DNA of 64,000 nucleotides, from positions 158,038,001 to 158,102,000 of the forward strand of contig NC_043000.1 in assembly GCF_006345805.1 (NCBI RefSeq), given 5' to 3'. Positions 53,160-64,000 of the stretch are shown here, piece after piece. This DNA is from Octopus sinensis (Eukaryota). Made by a program: the position numbers and the translations under genes. The notes beneath the pieces were generated by a model. It was not told the DNA's origin. It made no database searches and was given only the letters and a program-made list of their open reading frames with translations. How positions within the stretch are numbered: the stretch's first letter is position 1; the number at the start of each line of letters is the position of its first letter.

Positions 53160-53800
53160 GGTTTCGAAGCAGTTGTCCATAGTTATCCTCTTTCTCTTTG
53201 ATTTTAAAAGAGTTATTCCCATCAGCAGGAGAGCTGACCTCTATGACGGTACAGGCCTTTTCTCTGTTGCTTTGGAATTGTATGCGAGGTAGGATCATCA
53301 GGAAGTGTGTACTTTCAAATTAGCTCACATCCAACATGTAGGATGTTGTTTTCTTCATTTTCCAGTACTAATTTAATGTATTTATTTTTGTCGCTGTTGT
53401 TAACCAAGTACTCTCTGCACCTATCTGCCTCTACCTTCTTTTTATCTTCTTAGGTTGAGCTTATCGATGCAACTATTTTGAGGGAGATTTTCAGTTGATG
53501 TTATAATGTTGCGCGCTTTGATGTCTATAGAATGGATTTCTTCTACAGACCAGTGAAGTGCACCAAATGTTGGAATCAGCACTTGTGCCGTAAATGTATT
53601 GTGGGATATTGTCTTGTAAGAGAAGAGTTCAAACTCCCATATATCGCTTAGCATAGTGTAATACATCTGGGTCACTGTAATTTTATTCACAGTACCTGTG
53701 TATGATATATTTTCATCAATGCCTAGGTACTTGTAGCATTCTGTGTGAGACAGGAGAGATAGAGAGACCATTCAGGCACGGGTTTTATGTATGAGGTACT
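53160..53800 (-). mobile_element. R4/Dong-clade LINE fragment (post-RT thumb region)
   Basis: YKYLGIDE..IWEFEL..HNTFTAQVLIPTFGALHWSVEEIHSIDIKARNIIT..LPQNSCIDKL. Confidence 0.7.
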
Positions 53801-54373
53801 GATTTGCCTCGTTCAACAATCAAATAAGAACATTTGATATATGTATGTATGTTATTTGCTTACTCTTTTTAAATTATAGAATAAACTTTGACTGGCCACA
53901 TACTTGGCAACAATATTGTGTAGGAAATTATGTCCTCTTAACTATAATCCTTCAAATCTTAAGGAAGTCTTCCAAATATTTATAGCCCTAGATATCGTGA
54001 TCATTTGTAGCAGATGAATTAAGGTTTTTGCATTATCTCGTCAAGACAGCAAGTTCAGCCATACTTTGCTCCAGACTAGTTGGTATGTATTCAGTTGCTC
54101 CAATTATAATGCATATAAATTTGAAAGTGTATCTTTAGTTGCGCATTTGCAAACTCCTTGTCAAGAGTCCATAGATGTACACTTTCTGTTGTATTTTGCT
54201 AACTACATACGTTTCCAGAGGACACACAATGATATATGGTATGTTGTGTTTTAACTTGGTAGCTGTTTTCATATTTAAGAACCATCAGTATTCTGTCAGC
54301 CATTTGATCTCAATATTGTTAATTTAGTATGTAGGTATGTTCCTTTTTATTATCCATATACGTATGTATACAA

Positions 54374-54883
<510 letters not shown>

Positions 54884-54941
54884 ATATATGCGTATGTATA
54901 TGGGTGTGTGCAGGGGCGTGTCTTTACCTACTTGCTTTTCA

Positions 54942-55538
54942 TGCACCAGATGTAACATATACGGCAGAATCGTGTGCGCGCCAGGAAAACTACTTACCAG
55001 CATTTTGCACGCAATTATGACCTGCACACGGGATCCCGAATGGCCTCCGCAGACAGCTGTGTAGGTCATAACGTTGCCCGTGTTGCAAAGGCTGAAGAAG
55101 CTCAATGAGTAATATCGCTTGTGACAGGGCAGACCCAACAAGTTACCCGCTTTGTGCTTGAGTGAGGCTTGGGAAATGGTGGGGTACGGGGTCACAAACA
55201 ATACTGAAGAGGACTATGGGTAAGAGGTTGGAAAGCATCGATATTGTGAACTGATAAGAGGTTTCAAACCTCATTCTCTTTTTAACCAAGGTAAAAGACG
55301 TAGTGCCCCACTTTTGTATTGTAATGAACAATTTTGAACAATTGTAAGAGGTTTATTGCCTCATGTATGATAAATAAGAGAACAATGTTTTCGGGAAACA
55401 ACAATCGATTGGCGTTGTCTGTTTCCCCTATTAATCATCATTTTCACTTTTCATCTCATATAACATTATGGCTAGGTCCAGCCCGCAGCTTCCTTCTTTC
55501 TCTATGTAAGGCCATTATAGCCAATTTAATGAAATAAA
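54942..55538 (+). mobile_element. 5'-truncated Tx1/L1-like ORF1-only element (copy 3) inside a group A SINE head
   Basis: Translation MTCTRDPEWPPQTAV*VITLPVLQRLKK..ALCLSEAWEMVGYG matches copy 1; ends AATGAAATAAA directly before SINE sequence GAAGCTTGCTTCCTAACCACATGG. Confidence 0.7.
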
Positions 55539-55957
55539 GAAGCTTGCTTCCTAACCACATGGTTCCAGGTTCAGTCCAACTGCATGGCATCTTGGGAAAA
55601 TGTCTTCTAGTGTAGACTCGGGCCGACTATAGACTTTTGAGTGGATTTGTTAGACAGAAATTGAAAGAAGCCTGTTGTATATATATATATATATGTGTGT
55701 GTGTGTATGTGTGTGTGTATGTGTGTGTGTGTATTTGCGTGTGTGTGTATATTTCTGTGTGTGTCTGTGTTTGTACCCCAACATCGCTTGACAACCGATG
55801 TTGGTGTGTTTATGTCCCTGTAACATTAGCTGTTCAGTAAAAGAGAACCGATAGAATAAGTACTAGGCTTACAAAGAATAAGTCTTGGGGTAGATTTCTT
55901 CGACTAAAGGCGGTGCTCCAGCATGGTCACAGTCAAATGAATGAAACAAGTAAAAGA
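55539..55957 (+). mobile_element. SINE group A, interrupted in its head
   Basis: Starts at AGCTTGCTT; a degenerate 5' head remnant (GTGCAGG..TACTTGCTT) lies at ~54907-54940. Confidence 0.8.
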
Positions 55958-57013
55958 TATACGAATATATATATAATATATATATATATTTTAACAATTG
56001 AGGATAAAATCTTTAAAAGAAATTATCAGTAGTCAGCGTGAAAAACCTCGTAAGAGAAAAAATCCGTAAATTCTTCCTCTTTGAAAATATTCATTTATAT
56101 TATATTGAGGGTACTACTATTCGTAGATACCAACACGCTAAGAGGGACCAATGCGGTCAAAACTACTAAAAATAAACAAAATTTTACCGAATGCAAAACT
56201 TCAAAACACATCATTTTAAAAAAGAATTCAGTTACATATCACATGTGATTTCGCATTTAATGCAGAATATGCATTTCATGTTCATCAGTGCAACAAACTC
56301 AAGAAATATAAGAGAAAAACATAACATTACAAGCTCGATAGCCAACCGTAGAATTCGTCGTAAGGACCATGAAATTAAGTTGTATAAAATTATAAAGCAA
56401 GAGGAAATAAATCATGAAAATGAACAAGCGTCCATTTTCTATATCGTTATAATTCTATATGTTTGTCTGTGTGTGTGTGTTTGTGCGTAAGACTGTTTGT
56501 TTGTGTGTGTGTTTTATTTTATGTAATAGAGTTGTATATCTTTGGTTATCTTATATAATCGGTCAGAAGGTTACTATTGTTTACATGTCAACTATTGCAC
56601 TTGGCAACAAAGGCGACCCATCTTGACCTGCTGTCCAGAAGCACGTATTCTTCAATTCCTTGGTAACGGAAGTAAAATTACAGCTTCAGTCATACCAAAC
56701 ACAAAAGACTGTAGTTTCTATCTCCATTAGTAAAGACGCCATATGATTCCGGCCAGCAGGTTCATGAGTCACATATGTTGCTGAGTGGAATAGTAGACGG
56801 GAAACCAATGGCAACTTTCTAACAGGCTATATCCAAAGATATTCTACCCAATTACATAAAATGTAACGGCTCAAAATATTCTTTAGAGCGTTTTTGTTTC
56901 TGACTTATAAACAACTGACCGAAATATATATATATAATAATAATTTAATAAATAAAATATATGCATACATACATACATATATGTACGTACCTACATCTAC
57001 ATGTATATATACA

Positions 57014-57080
<67 letters not shown>

Positions 57081-58288
57081 CATGACGTATTTTTGCCATT
57101 TCAATATGGCTAACCCCTAAGGGTGGATGTACTGTAGTTTTTAGCCCCAGGAGGACACACTCCTCCAGCTGGCCATAGACACACTATCTGTGTCCTGTCA
57201 GTATTGCAAAGGGAAGTCATCCTTCCCGTCTTCAACTTATGATACACACGGACTCGAGTTTCGAGGTATTGACCTCTCGACAGCGTGTGACAATCATAGT
57301 TGTCGCCGAGAATTAGATTTCCTTCACAAATACTTATACTTTTTCCAGCGTCCTCTGCCGCTGATATTGAAAAAGTGAAATCAAACAATGATAAATATCA
57401 AAGTGAGTTAATACAGTAGCGGTAACACATCATGACGTATTTTTGCCATTCAATATGGCTAACCCCTAAGGTGGATGCTACTGTAGTTTTTAGCCCCAGA
57501 GGACACACTCCTCCAGCTGGCCATAGACACACTATCTGTGTCCTGTCAGTATTTTGCAAAGGGAGTCATCCTTCCCGTCTTCAACTTATGATACACACGG
57601 ACTCGAGTTTCGAGGTATTGACCTCTCGTCAGCGTGTGTGACAATCATAGTTGTCGCCGAGAATTAGATTTCCTTCACAAATACTTATACTTTTTCCAGC
57701 GTCCTCTGCCGCTGATATTGAAAAAGTGAAATCAAACAATGATAAATATCAAAGTGAGTTATATACAGTAGCGGTAACACATCATGACGTATTTTTGCCA
57801 TTTCAATATGGCTAACCCCTAAGGGTGGATGCTACTGTAGTTTTTAGCCCCAGGAGGACACACTCCTCCAGCTGGCCATAGACACACTATCTGTGTCCTG
57901 TCAGTATTTGCAAAGGGAAGTCATCCTTCCCGTCTTCAACTTATGATACACACGGACTCGAGTTTCGAGGTATTGACCTTTCGTCAGCGTGTGACAATCA
58001 TAGTTGTCGCCGAGAATTAGATTTCCTTCACAAATACTTATACTTTTTCCAGCGTCCTCTGCCGCTGATATTGAAAAAGTGAAATCAAACAATGATAAAT
58101 ATCAAAGTGAGTTATATACAGTAGCGGTAACACATCATGACATATTTTGCCATTTCAATATGGCAACCCCTAAGGGTGGATGCTACTGTAGTTTTTAGCC
58201 CCAGGAGGACACACTCCTCCAGCTGGCCATAGACACACTATCTGTGTCCTGTCAGTATTTTGCAAAGGGAAGTCATCCTTCCCGTCTT

Positions 58289-58358
58289 CAACTTATGATA
58301 CACACGGACTCGAGTTTCGAGGTATTGACCTCTCGTCAGCGTGTGACAATCATAGTTG
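58289..58358 (-). ncRNA. Type I hammerhead ribozyme, unit 4 (representative intact copy)
   Basis: CAACUAUGAU-UGU-CACACG-CUGACGA-GAGGU-CAAU-ACCUC-GAAAC-UCGA-GUC/CGUGUG-U-AUCAUA-A-GUUG; predicted cleavage between 58307 and 58306. Confidence 0.9.
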
Positions 58359-60043
58359 TCGCCGAGAATTAGATTTCCTTCACAAATACTTATACTTTTT
58401 CCAGCGTCCTCTGCCGCTGATATTGAAAAAGTGAAATCACAACAATGATAAATATCAAAGTGAGTTATATACAGTAGCGTTAACACATCATGACGTATTT
58501 TGCCTTCAATATGGCTAACCCCTAAGGGTGGATGCTACTGTAGTTTTTAGCCCCAGGAGGACACACTCCTCCAGCTGGCCATAGACACACTATCTGTGTC
58601 CTGTCAGTATTTGCAAAGGGAAGTCATCCTTCCGTCTTCACTTATGATACACACGGACTCGAGTTTCGAGGTATTGACCTCTCGTCAGCGTGTGACAATC
58701 ATAGTTGTCGCCGAGAATTAGATTTCCTTCACAAATACTATTAATTTTTCCAGCGTCATCTGCCGCTGATATTGAAAAAGTGAAATCAAACAATGATAAA
58801 TATCAAAGTGAGTTATATACAGTAGCCGGTAACACATCATGACGTATTTTTGCCATTTCAATATGGCTAACCCCTAAGGGTGGATGCTACTGTAGTTTTT
58901 AGCCCCAGGAGGACACACTCCTCCAGCTGGCCATAGACACACTATCTGTGTCCTGTCAGTATTTGCAAAGGGAAGTCATCCTTCCGTCTTCAACTTATGA
59001 TACACACGGACTCGAGTTTCGAGGTATTGACCTCTCGTCAGCGCGTGTGACAATCATAGTTGTCGCCGAGAATTAGATTTTCTTCACAAATACTTATACT
59101 TTTCCAGTCCTCTGCCGATGATATTGAAAAAGTGAAATCAAACAATGATAAATATCAAAGTGAGTTATATACAGTAGCGGTAACACATCATGACGTATTT
59201 TTGCCATTTCAATATGGCTAACCCCTAAGGGTGGATGCTACTGTAGTTTTTAGCCCCAGGAGGACACACTCCTCCAGCTGGCCATAGACACACTATCTGT
59301 GTCCTGTCAGTATTTTGCAAAGGGAAGTCATCCTTCCCGTCTTAAACTTATGATACACACGGACTCGAGTTCGAGGTATTGACCTCTCGTCAGCGTGTGA
59401 CAATCATAGTTGTCGCCGAGAATTAGATTCCTTCACAAATACTTATACTTTTTCCAGCGTCCTCTGCCGCTGATATTGAAAAAGTGAAATCAAACAATGA
59501 TAAATATCAAAGTGAGTTATATACAGTAGCGGTAACACATCATGACGTATTTTTGCCATTTCAATATGGCTAACCCCTAAGGGTGGATGCTACTGTAGTT
59601 TTTAGCCCCAGGAGGACACACTCCTCCAGCTGCCATAGACACACTATCTGTGTCCTGTCAGTATTTGCAAAGGGAAGTCATCCTTCCCGTCTTCAACTTA
59701 TGATACACACGACTCGAGTTTCGAGGTATTGACCTCTCGTCAGCGTGTGACAATCATAGTTGTCGCCGAGAATTAGATTTTCTTCACAAATACTTATACT
59801 TTTTCCAGCGTCCTCTGCCGCTGATATTGAAAAAGTGAAATCAAACAATGATAAATATCAAAGTGAGTTATATCAGTAGCGGTAACACATCATGACGTAT
59901 TTTTGCCATTTTAATATGGCTAACCCTAAGGGTGGATGCTACTGTAGTTTTTAGCCCCAGGAGGACACACTCCTCCAGCTGGCCATAGACACACTATCTG
60001 TGTCCTGTCAGTATTTGCAAAGGGAAGTCATCCTTCCCGTCTT

Positions 60044-60113
60044 CAACTTATGATACACACGGACTCGAGTTTCGAGGTATTGACCTCTCGTCAGCGTGTG
60101 ACAATCATAGTTG
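60044..60113 (-). ncRNA. Type I hammerhead ribozyme, unit 9 (intact copy)
   Basis: Same sequence as the unit 4 motif; predicted cleavage between 60062 and 60061. Confidence 0.9.
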
Positions 60114-60585
60114 TCGCCGAGAATTAGATTTCCTTCACAAATACTTATACTTTTTCCAGCGTCCTCTGCCGCTGATATTGAAAAAGTGAAATCAAACAAT
60201 GATAAATATCAAAGTGAGTTATATACAGTAGCGGTAACACATCATGACGTATTTTTGCCATTTCAATATGGCTAACCCCTAAGGGTGGATGCTACTGTAG
60301 TTTTTAGCCCCAGGAGGACACACTCCTCCAGCTGGCCATAGACACACTATCTGTGTCCTGTCAGTATTTGCAAAGGGAAGTCATCCTTCCGTCTTCAACT
60401 TATGATACACACGGACTCGAGTTTCGAGGTATTGACCTCTCGTCAGCGTGGACAATCATAGTTGTCGCCGAGAATTAGATTTCCTTCACAAATACTTATA
60501 CTTTTTCCAGCGTCTCTGCCGCTGATATTGAAAAAGTGAAATCAAACAATTAAAAATATCAAAGTGAGTTATATACAGTAGCGGT

Positions 60586-60632
<47 letters not shown>

Positions 60633-60876
60633 TATATATTATATATATATATATAGAGTACACGACACCACAAATAAACGTAGAACTCAACGAGAAACGA
60701 AAACAAAAAACAAACTAGGAAACGACTTTTTTACAAAACGAAAAATCAGAGTACAGGACAAACAATACAAGGAATATTCCCCTTCATCAGCTGTCCCTGG
60801 ATCGTCTCAATGCGTGTTTCGAAGGTAAGGACAGAACACGATCCGGTCGAAATATATATATATATATATATATATA

Positions 60877-63800
60877 CTTTGATACTTACTTTGATAGGTT
60901 TCGGCCATTATTGCCCCAGGCCATGTCTAACTTAATAGCACCACCTGGTGAAGTCTTTCAAGTCAGAATTTGGGCACTATGGCCCACTCAAGTAGAGAGT
61001 TAATTTTTACAGAGACATATCCGGGTTAGGGGGTTTATCCGGGATTTCTTGAAGGAATCTGTCCAAAGACTTCTTGACCCATAGCTATCGGTCAGTTTCT
61101 CTTTTAATGTGTTTTTGTGTAATGTTAAAGAGAGCGGGGCCAATTGAGGTGAAATAATTGTGCCGTATTGTTGTTATGAGATGAGAGTGCGATTTTTGTT
61201 TTGGGCGGATGGCACGGGGCCCAAGCCTTGGATGTACCTTAAAGGTGATGCCAACATCATTGGGCAATGCTGATGGAATATTTTCCACATCATGCAGATG
61301 ATGTAGCGCTCACGACGACGTTGGAGAGAATAAAGTTTTAGCTTTTCTAGTCGACCCCAATAGTCGAGGCCTGTCATGCCATCTATCTTTTTGTGATTGC
61401 CCTTTGAGGTGCTTCAACTTTTATGATACTTTGTATTGTGTGGGGAGACCACAGTGGACAACAGTATTCAAGGTGGGGTCGGGCAAAAGTGGAGAAGAGA
61501 AGGATAATGGTGTGGATATCTCTCGACTGGAAAGTTCTGAGAATCCAGGAACACATTCTGCGGGCCATGTCAACTTTGGTGTTTATATGAGTGGCCCAGC
61601 TTATGTTGTTGTCCACAGTTACTCCCAAGCCTCTGATGTTGTTGGACGCCGCGAGAGTTTCACCTGAAGGAAGGGAGTATGGGATTTTCAGGGCAACCTC
61701 TTTTCCAAAGTGGATTAACTCAAATTTATCCTCGTTCAGCAGCATATTGTTTTTTTCTGCCCATTGGATAACAGCCAGTAGATCTGACTGACGGCATGTC
61801 CGGTCACTCGCCTCATTTATGACCTTCTGTAGCTTGGAATCATCTGCAAAGATTTTTATGTTGCTGTGCTTGATGATGTCATTAATGTCATTAATGTAGA
61901 TGATGAAAAGAAGTGGGCCCAGACAGTGCCTTGCGGAACGCCACTACTGACTTTGGCTGGGCTTGATTTTACCCCTTCAACTACAACATGTTGAGATCTG
62001 TCTGTCAGGAAACACTTGATCCATTTCAGTAACTTTCCAGAGACACCATGTTGGATAGGTTTTTCAATAGGATCTTGTGATCGACCCTGTCGAAGGCCTT
62101 ACTGAAATCAAGGTAGATGACATCGGTGTTGGAGCCCTCTCCCAAAGCTCTCAAAATGTCATCAAAGTGATGCAGGAGCTGCGTTAGGCAGTCCCTTCCA
62201 TTACGGAAACATGTTGGTTAGAGATCAGCCGTCTGTTTGCTTTCAGAAATTGGGTTATTCGAGATCTCACCACCCTCTCAAATACCTTGATGATATGAGA
62301 GGTGAGTGAGATCGGACGGTAGTTCACTGCAAGGGACTTGTTTCCCTTTTTGAAAACTGGGACAACAGACTGGGGCAGAAGGTTTTTTTGGAATATAGCC
62401 AGCATCCAGTGAGTTTCTCCACAGATTAGCAAGGGGAGATGCAAGTTGGTGTTGACACATCTTCAGGACACAAGCAGGGAACCTATCGGGGCCTACTGCT
62501 GAATTGTGTTTTATTTCGTTTATCGCCGCTAAGACTCAGGGGCACTAAACGTTATGTCCGATATAGTGTGTTGGGGGTTGACATCACTGATACAGCCCAG
62601 ATCGGCCATATCAGGATTGCTGAAACACAGAGCAGTATTGTTTCTGCAGTATCTCGGCCATGGATTTGGCATATCTTGGAGAGTGCCAGTTCATCAATTA
62701 GAGGGACAACAATGGAGACAGGACCCTGCGTTTCCTCGCAAATGAAAAAGAACACTTTGGGGTTGAGTTTGATTTTTCAATGGCCCACTTCTCCTCAGCT
62801 GATCTTTGGTTATTGATGAGGGTCTTCATGCATTGTTGGAGGTTATATTTTTGGATTCAAGCAGTGCGATAGCCGTCGAATGTGTGGTGTTGCTGTTGGC
62901 AGTACTTTAGCTTGTTTAATTTTTTTGTTTTTCTTTTTATTTTTCTGATAATGGTCTTTCTGTTTTGGGGGATTACGCACTTTTTGTTCACAGGTCTTGG
63001 TGGGGAGTGCTTTGCAACATGTCTGTGATGGTGTCTACAAAGATCTGCCAAGATGTTTTATGGTTGGTGGAGATGTGTGTATGTGTAAAGGACCAGTCAA
63101 CATGTGATAGCTCGTTCCTGATTGCATCCCAGTTGGCATTATGGAGATCCATGTTGTCAAATGGGTGGGCTGGAGGGAGGTCACTAGGATTAGCTTTCGG
63201 CTGGTGGAATTTCATGTTACAGAGAACCATGTCATGGTCTGAAGAAGGGGTTTTCCACTGTAACGTTATGTATTAGTGTTAGTGTGGTTACTAAACACTA
63301 GGTCCAAAATGTTCTTATGATGTCTTGTTGGTGCAAGGACAAGTTGGGACAAGAAAAACTCATTCGTAAAGTCGAAAAGTGACTCTGCTGCTTCTTTGTC
63401 AGCGGTTGAGGCGGGAGTGCTTGGTTTCAAACAGTTTGTAGTCCAGTCAACATAGGGTAGATTGAAGTCTCCCATCATGAGTAGGTTGCTAGAATGTAAC
63501 TGTTGAATAAAGCACTTAATGCTGTTGAGGCATTCTTTAAAGCACAGTATGGGTGTTTGGGGCGGCCTATAGAGCCCAATAACTGTCAGGTCATTGGCTT
63601 TGTTGTGCACGGTGACTGATTCACAGTAGCCGTTGGAGAATATACTATTTCCATCTGCCGTAAACGAATCATGCAGGAAAATGGCAGTTCCACCCTTCCT
63701 TCTGCCGATACGATCCGCGCGGATGGTTGTGAAATTCTTCACTCTCACTTCGGCTTCCAAGTGGAGTTGTCAAGGTGGGTCTCAGTGAGAATGAAGAAAT

Positions 63801-64000
63801 GGATGTGGTTGGGATGGTTACCAACCCAGTCTTCAATGAATTGGACCTTCCATTTTTGTGCATTGATGGAAGGGCTGACACTTGTGCATTGAGTAGAAAT
63901 GTGGAGGTTAGTGTAGTGGCTGGTTTTGACTGTTGTTGAGGGGGCTTGGATTTTTGTGTGTGTTAGTGGCAGCAGGTGGGGAATGGGTGCACTGGGGTAA
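60877..64000 (-). mobile_element. CR1-clade LINE ORF2 (APE endonuclease + RT) and 3' tail; continues beyond the window
   Basis: FFILTETHL, GLYRPP, MMGDFNLP and APTRHHKNILDLVFS (endonuclease); NYRPISLTSHIIKVFER; FARPHLEYCCPLWSP; KLKLYSLQRRRER; (ATCAAAGT)n tail. Broken mostly by small indels. Confidence 0.92.

Larger units (their letters stand above)
57081..60590 (-). repeat. Tandem array of ten ~350-353 bp hammerhead-containing units (candidate non-LTR retrozyme)
   Basis: Unit starts (CATGACG) at 57081, 57431, 57783, 58136, 58489, 58838, 59189, 59541, 59891 and 60243. Units are near-identical; (TA)n flanks both sides. Confidence 0.9.

Noticed and set aside
57901-58092. Repeated 63-aa ORF MFDFTFSISAAEDAGK.. 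in the array units
   Set aside because: Non-ATG start, no recognisable domain, frame not preserved across units; better explained by the structured RNA.
57081-60590. CRISPR array, 5S rDNA, tRNA or snRNA cluster
   Set aside because: Units are contiguous and near-identical with no unique spacers; no 5S, U-snRNA or cloverleaf sequence was recognised.
60770-60832. Permuted (type II) hammerhead: minus-strand GAAAC..CUGAUGA
   Set aside because: Stem I does not pair convincingly; probably fragments of a Penelope-like terminus.

Overview
AT-rich, microsatellite-dense eukaryotic DNA. The SINE families resemble those I recall from Octopus genomes, so the source is probably a cephalopod (inference). 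No intact host gene is recognisable, and almost all entries in the ORF track are microsatellite or retroelement artefacts. Contents: three tRNA-derived SINE groups; decayed CR1-, RTE- and R4-like LINEs; Tc1/mariner and Penelope-like remnants. Two systems stand out. (1) A tandem array of exactly ten ~350-353 bp units (57081-60590) sits inside a (TA)n tract; each unit carries a type I hammerhead ribozyme motif on the minus strand, i.e. a candidate non-LTR retrozyme/circRNA replicon. Separate Penelope-type hammerhead motifs occur in fold-back elements at ~7 kb, 16.6 kb and 39.7 kb. (2) A family of ORF1-only Tx1/L1-like elements (HAL1-like) has three copies, all joined to the same site in the tRNA-derived head of a SINE, one with a 15-bp target-site duplication. 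One weak candidate host exon (29418-29489, minus) could encode a GKR-terminated, neuropeptide-like C-terminus.
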